Under the pieces are notes generated by a model that saw only the letters and a program-made list of their open reading frames with translations, was not told the origin of the DNA and made no database searches. A DNA stretch of 64,000 nucleotides, from positions 620,001 to 684,000 of the forward strand of contig NC_135261.1 in assembly GCF_964204865.1 (NCBI RefSeq), in the 5' to 3' direction. The position numbers and the translations under genes were made by a program. The DNA comes from Styela clava (lineage: Eukaryota). The number at the start of each line of letters is the position of its first letter. The stretch's first letter is position 1. This document shows positions 39,001 through 51,500 of the stretch, piece after piece.

Positions 39001-42000
39001 TCTTAATACAACCGAACATCCTCTTCCTATTTTAATACAACCAAGTATACTTCCGTCTTAATACAACCAAAAATATCTTCCCGTCTTAATACAACCAAAT
39101 ACATCTTCCCGTCTTAATACAACCAAAAAATATCTCCCGTCTTAATACAACCAAATACATCTTCCCGTCTTAATACAACCAAAAACTATCTCCCGTCTTA
39201 ATACAACCAGATGATCTCTCCCGTCTCAATACAACCAAAAACATCTTCCCTTCTTAATACAATCAAAAATACTCCTATCTTAATACAACCAAAAATACAA
39301 CCGAACATCCTCTTCCTATTTTAATACAACCAAATATACTTATACCGTCTTAATACAAGCAGTACCCCCAAGATTAATACAACAAAACGCCTTCTCCCTT
39401 CTTAATACAACCAAAAACCCATACCGTCTTAATACAACCAAATTCCCCAATTCCCCTATTAATACAACCAAAACTATCTCACTTCCTAATACAATCAAAT
39501 ACCCTCTCCTTTCTTAATACAGCCAAATAGCATCTCCCGTCTTAATACATCCAAGCATACTCCTATCTTAATACAACCAAAAACCCTCCCTTAATACAAC
39601 CAAACAACTCCCGCCTTAATACAACCAAAAACTTCCCATCTTAATACAACCAAATAACCTCTGACGTCTTAATACAACCAAACTGTCCTCCCGTCTTAAT
39701 ACAACCAAACATTATCACATCTTAATACAACCAAATACATCTCCTTTCTTAATACAGCCAAATACCATCTCCCGTCTTAATACAACCAAAGATATTTTCT
39801 TTTCTTAATACAACCAAAAACTTCGCTTCTTAAGACAACCAAACCCTCTACACATCTTAATACAACCAAAAACTTCCCATCTTAATACAACCAAATAACC
39901 TCTGACGTCTTAATACAACCAAATAACCTCTGACGTCTTAATACAACCAAACAGCCTCTCCCGTCCAAATACAATCAAAAATACTCCTATCTTAATACAA
40001 CCAAACCCTGCCAATCTTAATACAACCGAACATCCTCTTCCTATTTTAATACAACCAAATATACTTCCGTCTTAATACAACCAAATATATCTTCCCGTCT
40101 TAATACAACCAAAAACTATCTCCCGTCTTAATACAACCAGATGATCTCTCCCGTCTCAATACAACCAAATACATCTTCCCTTCTTAATACAATCAAAAAT
40201 ACTCCTATCTTATTACAACCAAACACTTCCAATCTTAATACAACCGAACATCCTCTTCCTATTTTAATACAACCAAATATACTTCCGTCTTAATACAAGC
40301 AAATACATCTTCCCGTCTTAATACAACCAAGTACCCCCAAGATTAATACAACAAAACGCCTTCTCCCTTCTTAATACAACCAAAAACCCATACCGTCTTA
40401 ATACAACCAAATGCCCCAATTCCCCTATTAATACAACCAAAACTATCTCACTTCCTAATACAATCAAATACCCTCTCCTTTCTTAATACAACCAAAAACC
40501 TTCTCCCTTCTTAATACAAACAAACACCCATACCATCTTAATACAACCAAATTCCCCAATTCCCCTATTAATACAACCAAAACTATCTCACTTCCTAATA
40601 CAATCAAATACCCTCTCCTTTCTTAATACATCCAAGCATACTCCTATCTTAATATAACCAAAGACCATCTCCCTTCTTAATACAACCAAAAACCCTCCCT
40701 TAATACAACCAAACAACTCCCGCCTTAATACAACCAAATACTATCTCCCGTCTTAATACAACCAAAAATTTCCCATCTTAATACAACCAAAAATTCTCGC
40801 TTCTTAATACAACCAAAACCTCTACACATCTTAATACAACCAAATAACCTCTGACGTCTTAATACAATCAAATAACCTATGACGTCTTAATACAACCAAA
40901 CAGCCTCTCCCGTCCTAATACAATCAAAAATACTCCTATCTTAATACAACCAAACCCTGCCAATCTTAATACAACCGAACATCCTCTTCCTATTTTAATA
41001 CAACCAAATATACTTCCGTCTTAATACAACCAAATATATCTTCCCGTCTTAATACAACCAAATACATCTTCCCGTCTTAATACAACTAAAAACTATCTCC
41101 CGTCTTAATACAACCAGATGATCTTTCCCTTCTTAATACAACCAAAAATACAACCGAACATCCTCTTCCTATTTTAATACAACCAAATATACTTCCGTCT
41201 TAATACAAGCAAATACATCTTCCCGTCTTAATACAACCAAGTACCCCCAAGATTAATACAACAAAACGCCTTCTCCCTTCTTAATACAACCAAAAACCCA
41301 TACCGTCTTAATACAACCAAATGCCCCAATTCCCCTATTAATACAACCAAAACTATCTCACTTCCTAATACAATCAAATACCCTCTCCTTTCTTAATACA
41401 GCCAAATAGCATCTCCCGTCTTAATACAATCAAGCATACTCCTATCTTAATATAACCAAAGACCATCTCCCTTCTTAATACAACCAAACCTACTCCCGTC
41501 TTAATACAACCAAATACATCTTCCCGTCTTATCACAACCAATAACCCCACTTCCTTCTTAATACAACTAACAATACTCCCTTCTTAATACAACCAAACAT
41601 TCTCCCATCTTAATACAACCAAGTACCCTCCAAACTTAAGACAACCAAACTTTATCTCCCGTCTTGATACAACCAAAAACCCATACCGTCCTAATACAAC
41701 CAAATGTCCCAATTTCCTTTTTAATACAACCAATTTTCCCTATTCCCTTCCTAATACAACTAAACATACTCCTTTCTTAATACAACCAAATACATTTTCT
41801 CTTCTTAATACAACCAAAAATTGTCTCCCGTCTTAATACAACCATATACCCTCTCCCGTCTAATACAACCAAATACATTTTCTCTTCTTAATACAACCAA
41901 ATATCCTCTTCCCCTCCTAATACAACCAAATACATCCCCTGTCGTAGTACAATCAAATACCCAATTCCCATCTTAATACAACCAAACGTTGCCCCCTATT

Positions 42001-45000
42001 ATTACAACCAAATAACTTCTTCCCATCTTAATACAACTAAATATCCATACCGTCCTAATACAACCAAGAACCCATTTCGATCTTAATACAACCAAATACT
42101 CCACACATCTTAATACAAACATCCACTCCCCATCTCAATACAACCAAATAGCCTCCCATCCTAATACAACCAAAGACCTCCCCATCTCAATACAACCAAA
42201 GATCCATTCCCATCTTAATACAACCAAATATCTTCCCGTCTTAATAAAACCCAACTTCCACACATTTTAATACAACCAAAAACTTCCTATCTTAATACAA
42301 CCAAAGATGTTCCCATCTTAATAGAATTCCCCCCAAGATAAGGAAAAAATTTACGAAATCGTCAATTGAACTCAGTTTAAGCCTAATTTATGCAAGAAAT
42401 ATTTTTTTCTTTTAGGGGAGAAATATTTTTCGAGTAAAACACGAGAAAGAAAAGGCCACACCAACCTGTACTCTGTTCGACTTTGGTAGTTTGTGGGCGA
42501 AAAGTAGATAGAAAGGCTTCCTTAGTTGACCACGGGGATGTGGCAGGGACGATTGAAGTAAGAGCCGAAGAAGTTTTCTTGACTTTGTTACCTGTGTGAA
42601 AAAGTGAGTTTATATTACAAATTTATAACAATGTATATAGTTAGGTGACTTTAAGATAAGAATAAGACACTGTTGGCAGCGTTTTTGCACAATCCCTTAT
42701 TACCAATTACTATAACTGAATGAGACTTTTTTAATATCCAGTGCATGCAATACCAAAAGACATAGATTTCCATACCCTGAGGAGTGGTCGTTTCTTTGAC
42801 ATCTACAACAAAGTTCGTCTCTGCTTCTTCCATCACCTTTTCCAATTGATTGAGCTCACTTTTCATCCCGTCTAATCGTTCCGTTAAGGCTGCGAAACAT
42901 AAACAAAAACAGAATTTAAGCAGAGCCCTCAGTTTTACAATATGTCGCACAACCTGAATCCTAACCGGTACACTTATATACTAAGTTCAGGTTGCGTGAC
43001 ATTTTAGTGCACATACTTTTGAAGCTCTGAATTTTTGTTAGAAGAGATGAACCCCTTTTTCTGGTTAAAATAAGAAATATGAGATAGGTATTGCTAAACT
43101 ACACGTCATGATTTGATTGTTAAAAATGGCGCGATAAAAATATAAAATGATTGAAATTTTCTAATAAAACGATGGTACCCTAGGTACTTCTGAAGTATGC
43201 GTACCAAGATGGCGGACATCGGAACGTAGTATGTGTACCAGGTTGGGGTTGGGCCATAATTTTTTGTAATTTACTTACGAGTTCGGTGTCTAGCCGAATG
43301 ACCCCCGTAGTATTTGTTACTTAAATTATGGCTTTACCCCAACCTGGTACACACACTACGTTCCGGTGTCCACCATCTTTGTACGCATACTTCAGGAGTA
43401 CCAATACGATTATTTGCTATCAGACCGATTGACAAATATGAAAAATAGAAAACCCATTTTGAAGGGAATTATATTGTGGACACGAACCTTCCAAAGCTTT
43501 CTCTTCTTCTTTTGTGCACTGTCCTTCCTGAAATAGAACAAGAGAGAAATGTTTAAATATATGGACATGAAGGTTGCACATCCATGCAGTAAGGCCTTAG
43601 CTTAGCAAGTGTTCCCCGTGAAAAAGTGTTCCCATAGATTAAAGTGAAATACCACCAATATGAAACTACTACTAAAGCTCTCACCGTAAGTTCTCTCCAA
43701 GTAGGTTGATCGTCGCAAATCATAGGAATCCAGCATTCCTCTCCTGTTAGAAAAAAAAAAAAATTAGAAATCGAGTTAATTGTTCATTTTAAAATAGGTT
43801 TTTTAACATATAAACGAAAGTTATGTCACTGAACTTTTTTTATAGAGAGACTATTTTAGTACCTATTTCCTTATGGCGCGCATTCGCTTATTCCATATTT
43901 AATTTTATACTGCTACCTACGTCATGCGAACGCACTATTTTCCTCGATGATGATTGGTCGAATCAAATTCAAATTTCACGCCCGCCGTTGAGGAACCTAA
44001 TAATGTTCATCGAACGTGCGCCATATGCAAAGATTTGATTCATACCGTCGGTTTCTAAGAATCGTTCCAATTTTTCTGGCGAACAATAAACTCGCGAAAG
44101 TTCTCCATAGTTTGATGCTTCCTTTATACACCTTTATAACCGAATTCGGCATTTCTACACCCTGGGTGAGGTGATGGGTATAAAATGGAACGCGAGTTTT
44201 TACCCTGCGATGCTAAAATATCCAACAGGATGCTGAGTCCAACGCTTTACCAATGGGCCAGCACACCCGCTAATCTATGAGCGATTTTTCACTTCTGAAC
44301 ATTTGAGTGTATTTGGCGATATTTATTTAGGATTTAGCTTTAAAAACCAAAACATTTTGAATGAGGAAGTTCTCTCATTGGAGATTTCAAAACAAAAATC
44401 TTTTTACAATGAAGGAAGGGCCATTTAGTAAGATCCACGGTCAGGGTGAAATTCAGACGACAAGAGGCCCTAGGCTGCTGAGTTTTCGAGAGTCCTCTTA
44501 AACAATAACGTCATAAAAAAAAATACATTATGACGTCATAAATAAATTACATGGTATTTTAGCTACTGGCAGCATGCCAATTGCACAAGTAGATTAAGAA
44601 ATTGTGTCGTAATAAAACGCCATGAGACCAGAGTACAATTTTTTGAATTTATACAAATTTGTTAGTCTACTATTTTTAATTTTCGAGACGGTGGGTATTT
44701 GAGACGATAATTTATTTGATTAATATCAGCTTCATAAAATTCTGAATTGGTTTTATTCTATAACAATCTTTTACAATTCAAAAGGGACTTGAAACCGAAT
44801 AATTGTACAAAATTGAATGCCGAGGCCCCAAGACTTGGCCTATTTTGCCCGGTAAACTCAGCCCTGTTTACAGTACAGCAACGCATCAAATACGAGACAA
44901 AATTAACGAGGTATTCGAGGGGGAAATCTATCAGATAAAAAATTATTATTTTCAAAATTCAAATTTTGGTTCAACTTTCATCGAGAGACCGAGGTTCGTC

Positions 45001-46749
45001 ATATTATAACGCCGTCATACCGGCTTCCCCTACGCCGCAATATATGAATATTCATCCTAACACAAATATTCCAGCCGTAAATCGAAAAAGCAGATATGAA
45101 ATTTGTCAAATGAATTGTTTCAATCCACAGTTACGCCGTGTCACCTATATTGGCTAAATCGCCAATTTACGAATACATTATGAAATGTTAAAATTTGTTG
45201 AATTCGACAAATATAGTGTTTTTTCATCGTATTTTTGCCCAATTTTTTCGATGTGGTTCGGAAAAAATATTGGAATTTCTACAATAATGTCACTAATACA
45301 CTGTTACAATTAGAACGTATATTATTAAATTTTTGAATTTTATACTTATAATCTTAATACGCTCCGGTGGTATGGCACCAAGATGGCGCACAACCTAATA
45401 ATCCTAGCCTGGTACACATACCATGTTTAGGTTGTACGCCATCTTGGTGCACATACTATCGGAGCGCCCTTAATACTTATATAAAGCGTTCATGCCGTTT
45501 GGATATCATTGGCCTGATTGTTTGAGTCTTCATAGAATTTTTAAATAACTAACAAGCAGGTTCACGCCATGACGACAAAAAATGGCTGTAGCGAATTGGT
45601 AAAGTGTGTGCAATTTTACTGCAATAGAATAGTGCAAAGAACATATATATATATATTCATTGAATAGTGTGAAGTGTTTTTTTTTTTCACAATATTTTAG
45701 TGACAGATTTTCCATAGTTCAGCACGAAATGCTATTTTGCGAAGTGCTTTTTATTTCACTTTTTAAATAAAAAAAAAAAAAAATAAAAAAAAAACTAACC
45801 CTCTGTATAAACCACTAATTTTTATATTCGAAAATCGCTGGGGAGGATTTTAGTATTTATTTTACTTTTTGCTTTTGTAAAATCAACAATAAATATAAGC
45901 CGATTAAAAAACGGTAATGCCGAAGTATGTGTACCAGGTTAGGATGAGGCCAAAATTTTATTTCATTTATATTACGAGATGTTGGGCCATCTGTGTTAGC
46001 CGAGTGAATACCACCCTGCTCATATGTTTCAGTTCCTTTACACAACTTGATATAAGTTAGGCGAACGAAATTAGTCACCTTAATATTGGTACATACACTT
46101 CTGGAGAGCCAAAAAACAGCCAACACTAACAATTTGTAAATTTTAACACAAATTATTCCAGAATATTATTCATGCACAATTATTCGATGTGCAGTTTCAT
46201 TTAGAGCAGCTCAATTATCTTGCCTGATATACTGAGGCAAAAGTTTTACTTGATGTAATAATTATCAATTGGGTATCAAATATCCAACGAAATTATTTAT
46301 TTTATCGTGCAGGGGTGGCAAGGTTTTTGGACAGGGGGTCAAAAATTTTACTAGACTGGCGGGCCATGTAAGTGTGACGCAAAAAGTCACATTTCATCAA
46401 CAGTCTTAACGGTTTTACAAAATCAGAAGAGGAAACCATAAGCCTCCTACCAAAATTTAATCATAATTTCCTCAAATTCCTTGAGCTTTTTTTTAGCTAT
46501 AACATCCAAATTGGGTTTTAGTTTGGTTGTGGTAGCATCAGGCGGGCCAAATTAAATTAACAAACTGGCCAAGTATAGGCCCGCCGGCCATAGTTTGCTC
46601 ATGTCAGTTTTAGTGCGCCCTAAAAAACAAAACTCAGGCAAGCAAGCAAACCCAACAAAGCATGCACGGTTGTACTGACCTTTAATCAATAAACAAGCTT
46701 CCATCATTAGTATGAGTCCGATGAAACTGTGTCGAATCGGAATCTTCAT
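29050..46749 (-). CDS. Secreted mosaic protein, ~643 aa: signal peptide, Cys-rich/coiled coil, S/T linker, CCP, MAM, 3xCCP, C-type lectin
   Basis: 15 GT-AG exons with consistent phases: 46680-46749, 43685-43743, 43488-43527, 42776-42889, 42466-42591, 36671-36856, 35953-36054, 35359-35497, 34539-34623, 33559-33640, 33236-33409, 32672-32845, 32183-32359, 29822-30030, 29050-29244. Total 1932 nt, open frame to TAA. Confidence 0.8.
32183..33409 (-). CDS. Three tandem Sushi/CCP exons (33236-33409, 32672-32845, 32183-32359)
   Basis: C..NL..GTI....Y...V.YSC..GY.L.G.QTGTCKADGSWST.PVC; phase 1-1 exons. Confidence 0.92.
33559..36054 (-). CDS. Compact MAM-like domain (four exons)
   Basis: LTCDFESSTNPTCGY / GYVLV..IRS..LCMSV / IW..TTWK / VELDNI..EC follows the MAM motif order. 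Confidence 0.72.
33688..34397 (+). mobile_element. hAT-type MITE remnants (two adjacent copies; a third at ~46309-46606)
   Basis: Shared TTTGGTTGTGGCAG.ATCAGGCGGGCCAGATT..ATT..GGCCCG..TAGTTTGCCCAT ends and CAGG..TGGGCAAGG start. Confidence 0.6.
34915..35218 (+). mobile_element. hAT/Charlie-like MITE
   Basis: TIRs CAGGGGCGAGCAACC / GGTTGCACACCCCTG; degenerate 8-bp TSD (CTCTAAAA vs ATCTAAAC). Confidence 0.7.
35575..35930 (+). repeat. 47-bp intronic minisatellite (~7.5 copies)
   Basis: Unit AAGTTACAGGCACTCACTCAGAAGTAAAGGTGACTCATTTGTAAGCA. Confidence 0.95.
36671..36856 (-). CDS. First Sushi/CCP exon
   Basis: TCPAPKAPDNG..IEYSCNAGYVLQGSNIGKCDKNGTWGEVPTC; AG/GT boundaries, phase 1-1. Confidence 0.9.
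37240..37712 (+). repeat. ~175-bp tandem repeat (3 units; a further partial unit at ~42326-42410)
   Basis: Repeated AATTCCAC.T.GCGGAAA..AGG.AAATTCCCC..GTCAA.TTAA..GAGTTAA.GCGTAATT. Confidence 0.85.
37709..42325 (+). repeat. 4.6-kb minisatellite: constant core TTAATACAACCAAA plus variable 6-12 nt C/T-rich spacer
   Basis: About 200 units of ~20-25 bp; G-poor plus strand; higher-order blocks recur. Confidence 0.97.
43183..43402. mobile_element. Palindromic MITE with ~80-bp TIRs
   Basis: GGTACTTCTGAAGTATGCGTACCAAGATGGCGGACATCGGAACGTAG... / ...CTACGTTCCGGTGTCCACCATCTTTGTACGCATACTTCAGGAGTACC. Confidence 0.85.
44148..44270 (-). mobile_element. tRNA-derived SINE head (related copies ~51105-51200, ~55088-55180, ~58615-58710, ~62598-62690)
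   Basis: Minus strand TGGCCCATTGGTAAAGCGTTGGACT is A-box-like; the 51.1-kb copy reads TAGGCCGTGTGGTTAAAGCG...GGTTCAAATT (A and B boxes). Confidence 0.5.
45359..45468. mobile_element. Short palindromic MITE (related copies 53315-53405, 56890-56988, 60825-60915)
   Basis: CACCAAGATGGCGCACAACCT...AGGTTGT.CGCCATCTTGG inverted arms. Confidence 0.75.
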
Positions 46750-47277
46750 TTCGAATCCAAGAATTTCGTCAACTTTGCTTCGATGAAAGTAAATTTTCGA
46801 ACAGCGAAGATTAGAATGAAGCTTCAGTCTATTCGCATCGGAATATATCCTATGCAAGCTGACTCACTACTTTTGAGCGGAAAGTGAAATTGTTTTCTCT
46901 CTTTCAAATTTCAGGAGACGTGTTGCGTCACAAAAAGAGAGCTTGGGCTGCTATTTCTATCTTTATGAAACGATGACGACGACGTCACTACCATGCCCGT
47001 GAGAGTCATATTTGATGGAATTTTGGTAAATTTTCGCGCAATATGGCATATTAACCGACACCATGAATCCTATTATATGAAAATCCAGGCCAGACATGTC
47101 TTGCCGGCTTTTAATATTGCGTGGCCCAGTCTGGGTAGATATAAATGTATATATATCAACTGAAAATTAAGAATTTAGGGTTAGAAATGATCTAAAAATT
47201 TGACTTTCTTGCGCAATCTGCTTTCCTAGCCTTCAATCTAACTGGATAATTACAATTTTTTTTGAGCGGGGGCTTAC

Positions 47278-47965
47278 AGGATTTCGGACATCGAATACAA
47301 TATTTTGCATGTCGAATATTGAACTTTACACGTCGAATATTAGAATTTGGACGTCGAATATAGTATTTCAGACGTCGAATATAGAATTTCGGACATCGAA
47401 TATGAGGTTTTAGACCTTTTTTTATCGAATTATACATTTTACAGTTTTTCAAGAACTTTGTATACCTTACAAATACCAATGTTCATTTAGGGCTCAAATA
47501 AACAATAAATTTTAAGAACATATTGTACTGCAATATCATTATGCAATCTAATAGGCTAGTGACCGCAAGTTATAAATTTGACTGACTGCCTTAGCGTCGA
47601 CGGGGATATTGTTCGACGTACATCAAACAAAGTGTATGGCGTCCGAAATCACCAACCCAGACACATGCCCATATTATCTATATAATTTGTGATGTAACAC
47701 CGTGCTCACGTCGGTTCTTAGCGTTAATAACATTTTACATTTCATGTGCGCCGCGTTTGCATTGTTGTATCCAATTGAATATTTTATAGGCTGTACACTT
47801 TTCGTATACCCTTTATCAGTTGTATACCCAACTTTTGGTCTGGTGTACACTTGGGTATACCGTATACCCGGTTGAAGAGCACTGTTTTAGACATCGAATA
47901 TAAGATTTCGGACGTCGAAAATGAGATTTTAGACATCGAATATAGCATTTCGGACGTCGAATTCT
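47278..47965 (+). repeat. 21-bp tandem repeat patches (47278-47420 and 47885-47965)
   Basis: Unit approximately GAC(A/G)TCGAATATAGAATTTCG. Confidence 0.8.
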
Positions 47966-48539
47966 CGGTTCACTTACTTCAGAAGCGCAAAATAAAAAAT
48001 AGCCACATATGAGCGCCTCGTCGCCAAATTCCATTCGTTTTGAGGAAAAGATTTGAATACCCTATGATTCGCTACACGCAAGACTCGTAAAGTAATATTA
48101 AGCATGATTTTGTTAAAAAATTCAAGTTAAAAGCTAATAAAATGGAAAAATGAATAACTTTAGTTATGCGGTTATAAGTTTCAATCAATTTGACCCAGCA
48201 ATAAAGTATGCAGCTCTGCAACGCGACCCATCATCGTTCATACCTGGTCAGTCCTTGCAATAGGAGACAAAGGTATGATTATGTTTTATTTATCCAGCGA
48301 TGATTTCGTAGATGGGCAAGCGATACGAGTGGCTGTTCAGTTGATCACAACATTGCGCATGGCCGTGTGTTAGTGCGTTGAATTTATGTTTGTGCCACAG
48401 TTGAACTAGGATAAATAATAGAAGTTGGCTTCCAATTTAATATATGGAGCTCTGGTCCAGGCCTGGTACTAGATAACATTTATCAAATATGCCGTTGTAG
48501 GTATAGTATAGCATATGGTGCTGAGAACCTGATTATCAT

Positions 48540-51500
48540 AACTTCCTGTGCAATTCCCGCTATCGTTCAACTAATTACCGCTGCATCGTTCATGAGTAAC
48601 ACCATGATTTCAAAGTAACGCAGTTCCAAAGTATATTCGTGGTGAATATACGAGCTCATTATCGTTTAAAATGTCGCGGCAGTTCACGTCAATCATTTAC
48701 TTTCTGTTCAAACAGCGCAACGCAAATTTAATGCTAAATATATCAGTACGATATTCTGATTATGCTTGTAATCGAAGCCCTTTTATATTTTCCAAAAACT
48801 GACATATCACACGTAAAAATGCATTGAAATGCCGCGATTTATGAACATAAAACACGTCGGATTTTGCCATGGCGGGTTGAATTTTATTTTAAGTTCGCAA
48901 AAAGGTAAATTAGGGAAAAAAGGCTGAAAACCTTTGCTATAAATCCCGATAACAGCAAACGAATGGGAGATAGATGGCGGCTTTATTTGCATTGCTATTT
49001 CGTTGGCAATGGCTAAAATGTGAAAAATCGGATGCCAGGGTTATGGCAGTTCAAATCGGCATAAATTTTCAACTTTCATTTCCTGGAAACTAATGGTTTA
49101 TTGACGTAAATCGTGCAGTTATCGTTTAAATTTTTCGATTGAAATAAAATTAAAAATTTTTTATGTCGGTTACTCACTGTTGGATCAGGCATTGATCACA
49201 CACTCTGGAGTTAGAAATATCAGTGACTATCACATGTTATGAAACGTTGTTTTTCCTGATGATCTCCCTTAACCCCCAACGCTTCCGTTCTTCTTGAAAT
49301 ATTTACCATAAGCGCAAAATTGCCGCTTATTTTTGGTGCTATGATTTTAAATTTAATTGGCTTTGTGACAAACCAAGCAGGGCGTTCATATTATTTCAAA
49401 CAACATTTTTATGAGAAATCTACCTTGTGTGGGAATTATCGCTTCGATTTTTATTTCCACTTGTTACGACTTCAAATGGTTTTGGGCGACCTTTTATAAC
49501 AGAAGTAAATTAAAGTGGAAATTTAATTTACAAATACGATAAAAACCCAACATAATTAGAATTTAATTGAATTTTGCTGCCAATATGACCCAACACTAGA
49601 CAGGGTGTCCGAAATTGTAGGGGGGTGTTTGCCCTCTATGGGAGTGGCGTGGGGAAATCACTGCGCTCCACCAGACATTAAACAGCTATTTGCCAATAAA
49701 TAAAGAAAGCCGTCACCTCAAATGAATATAATGAGATAATTTACTAATTTCTTTTTCAATTAATGAACACTATTGGGTACTTTTGGGTTAAAATTAGTAA
49801 ACTAAGTAAAGTGCTAAAGAGTTAAGAACCGCTGCGCTAAAGTGATATAGTGGGACTCGGGTTAGAGTCTTCCTTGTAATTCCCACACAAGGTAGATTTA
49901 CCACAAAAATATTGTTTGCGCGTGCTTGATACATGGGTGGGCTAATTACGGCCCGCGGGCCACCGAAGTGTTTCATCCGGCCCACTTGTGTCTTCTGAAA
50001 TTCCGACTATTCTTTTTATGGATATAAATATACGTTGAAATTATCGATGTAAATTACGTCACGTCAGCCAATCAAATTTGTAATCGGGGTACCGAATGAC
50101 GTGGCAATATTTCTGACATACATCGAAAATTTGAAAATATAGAAAAAAAACACCCTTGGACGTAAGCCAATCAAATTTAAAATCGGGGTACCGAATGTGA
50201 CATACCACGAATATTTAAAAATATAGAAGAAACTTTATTCCAACTTTTAGAATTCATGCTATCGAGGCGCGATATATGTTAACAAAAAAGTAAATTTACC
50301 CAACAACTTACGCTACAATTGTTACGCTATGTGTAGATTGAACCAGGGGTTCTTAAACAATCTCGAGACGCAACCCAATTTAGGGTTTTATGAACATCTC
50401 GCAACCTATACATCGGGAAGATGTTTTCTCCTGTTAGCTAAGTTTAGACGAGACATGGCAATGCAATTTCACTAATGTAAAAAGGTGAAATTTGAGAAAA
50501 AAACACACCCATCGTAAATATGCAGTTGATGGTTAGAGAGGATTTGAAAATTTGAATTTCTAGCGCAATGGAAAATTACTAGTTTTTTTTTGAGTTTTGG
50601 AAATATTGATGGAAAAAGTCCTGCGATGAGAACTAGACAATATTATCAACTTCCCTTTGCAATTCTCGCTATCGCTCAACTAATTTCCGCTGCATCGTTC
50701 ATGAGTAAGACCATGCTTTCGAAGTAACGCATTTCCAAAGCACATTCGTAATTTTACGAGATTATTATCGTTTTAAAAAATCGCGGAAGCTCACGTCAAT
50801 CATTTACTTTCTTTTCAAACAGCGCAACGCAAATTTAACGCTAAATATATCAGCGAGATATTCTGATTATAATTTTACTCGAAGCCCTCACTATATTTTC
50901 CAAAAAAATCACATATCACACGTAGAAATGCATTGAAATACCGCGTTTCATGGACATGAAACAAGTTGGATTTTGCCCCTTTGTGAATTTGCGAGGATTG
51001 CCCTTCACCACGTGATTTGTAACTCCGGGAGTCGGAATCGCAGACTTTCAATGGCGATAAAATGACTCAAAACTTCCTACTAAACTCAATAAAACATTGG
51101 CATTGGCATTGCTTCCCCTAATTTATCACAACCTAGGTTAGGAGGTGGGTATGAAATTTGAACCAGAGATGTAAAACAGCGCTTTAACCACACGGCCTAC
51201 GCTCTATAAAGGAGGAATTAGCATTGTAGGGGATAATCGTAGTTGTATAAACGCAACGCAATCAATTTTATACATCTGCACAATGCTAAGTTGAAATTCC
51301 TTTTTCTAAAGACTTTTTCGTCCGTCGCCCATTGCATAGTGTGGGTACATTTTATTTTCAGTTCGCAAAGAGTTAAATTAGAGAATGAAGGCTGAGAACT
51401 TTTGCTGTAAAGTATACAGAGATGAACGAATTAGCGCAGAGATTAAATTCGATAACAACAGACGAAAGCGAGATGAATTTCTGATTATTTTTCGCATTTC

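Noticed and set aside
37709-42325. CRISPR-like repeat-spacer array
   Set aside because: Eukaryotic intron; 14-nt repeat with 6-12 nt spacers that are related and reused; no cas genes.
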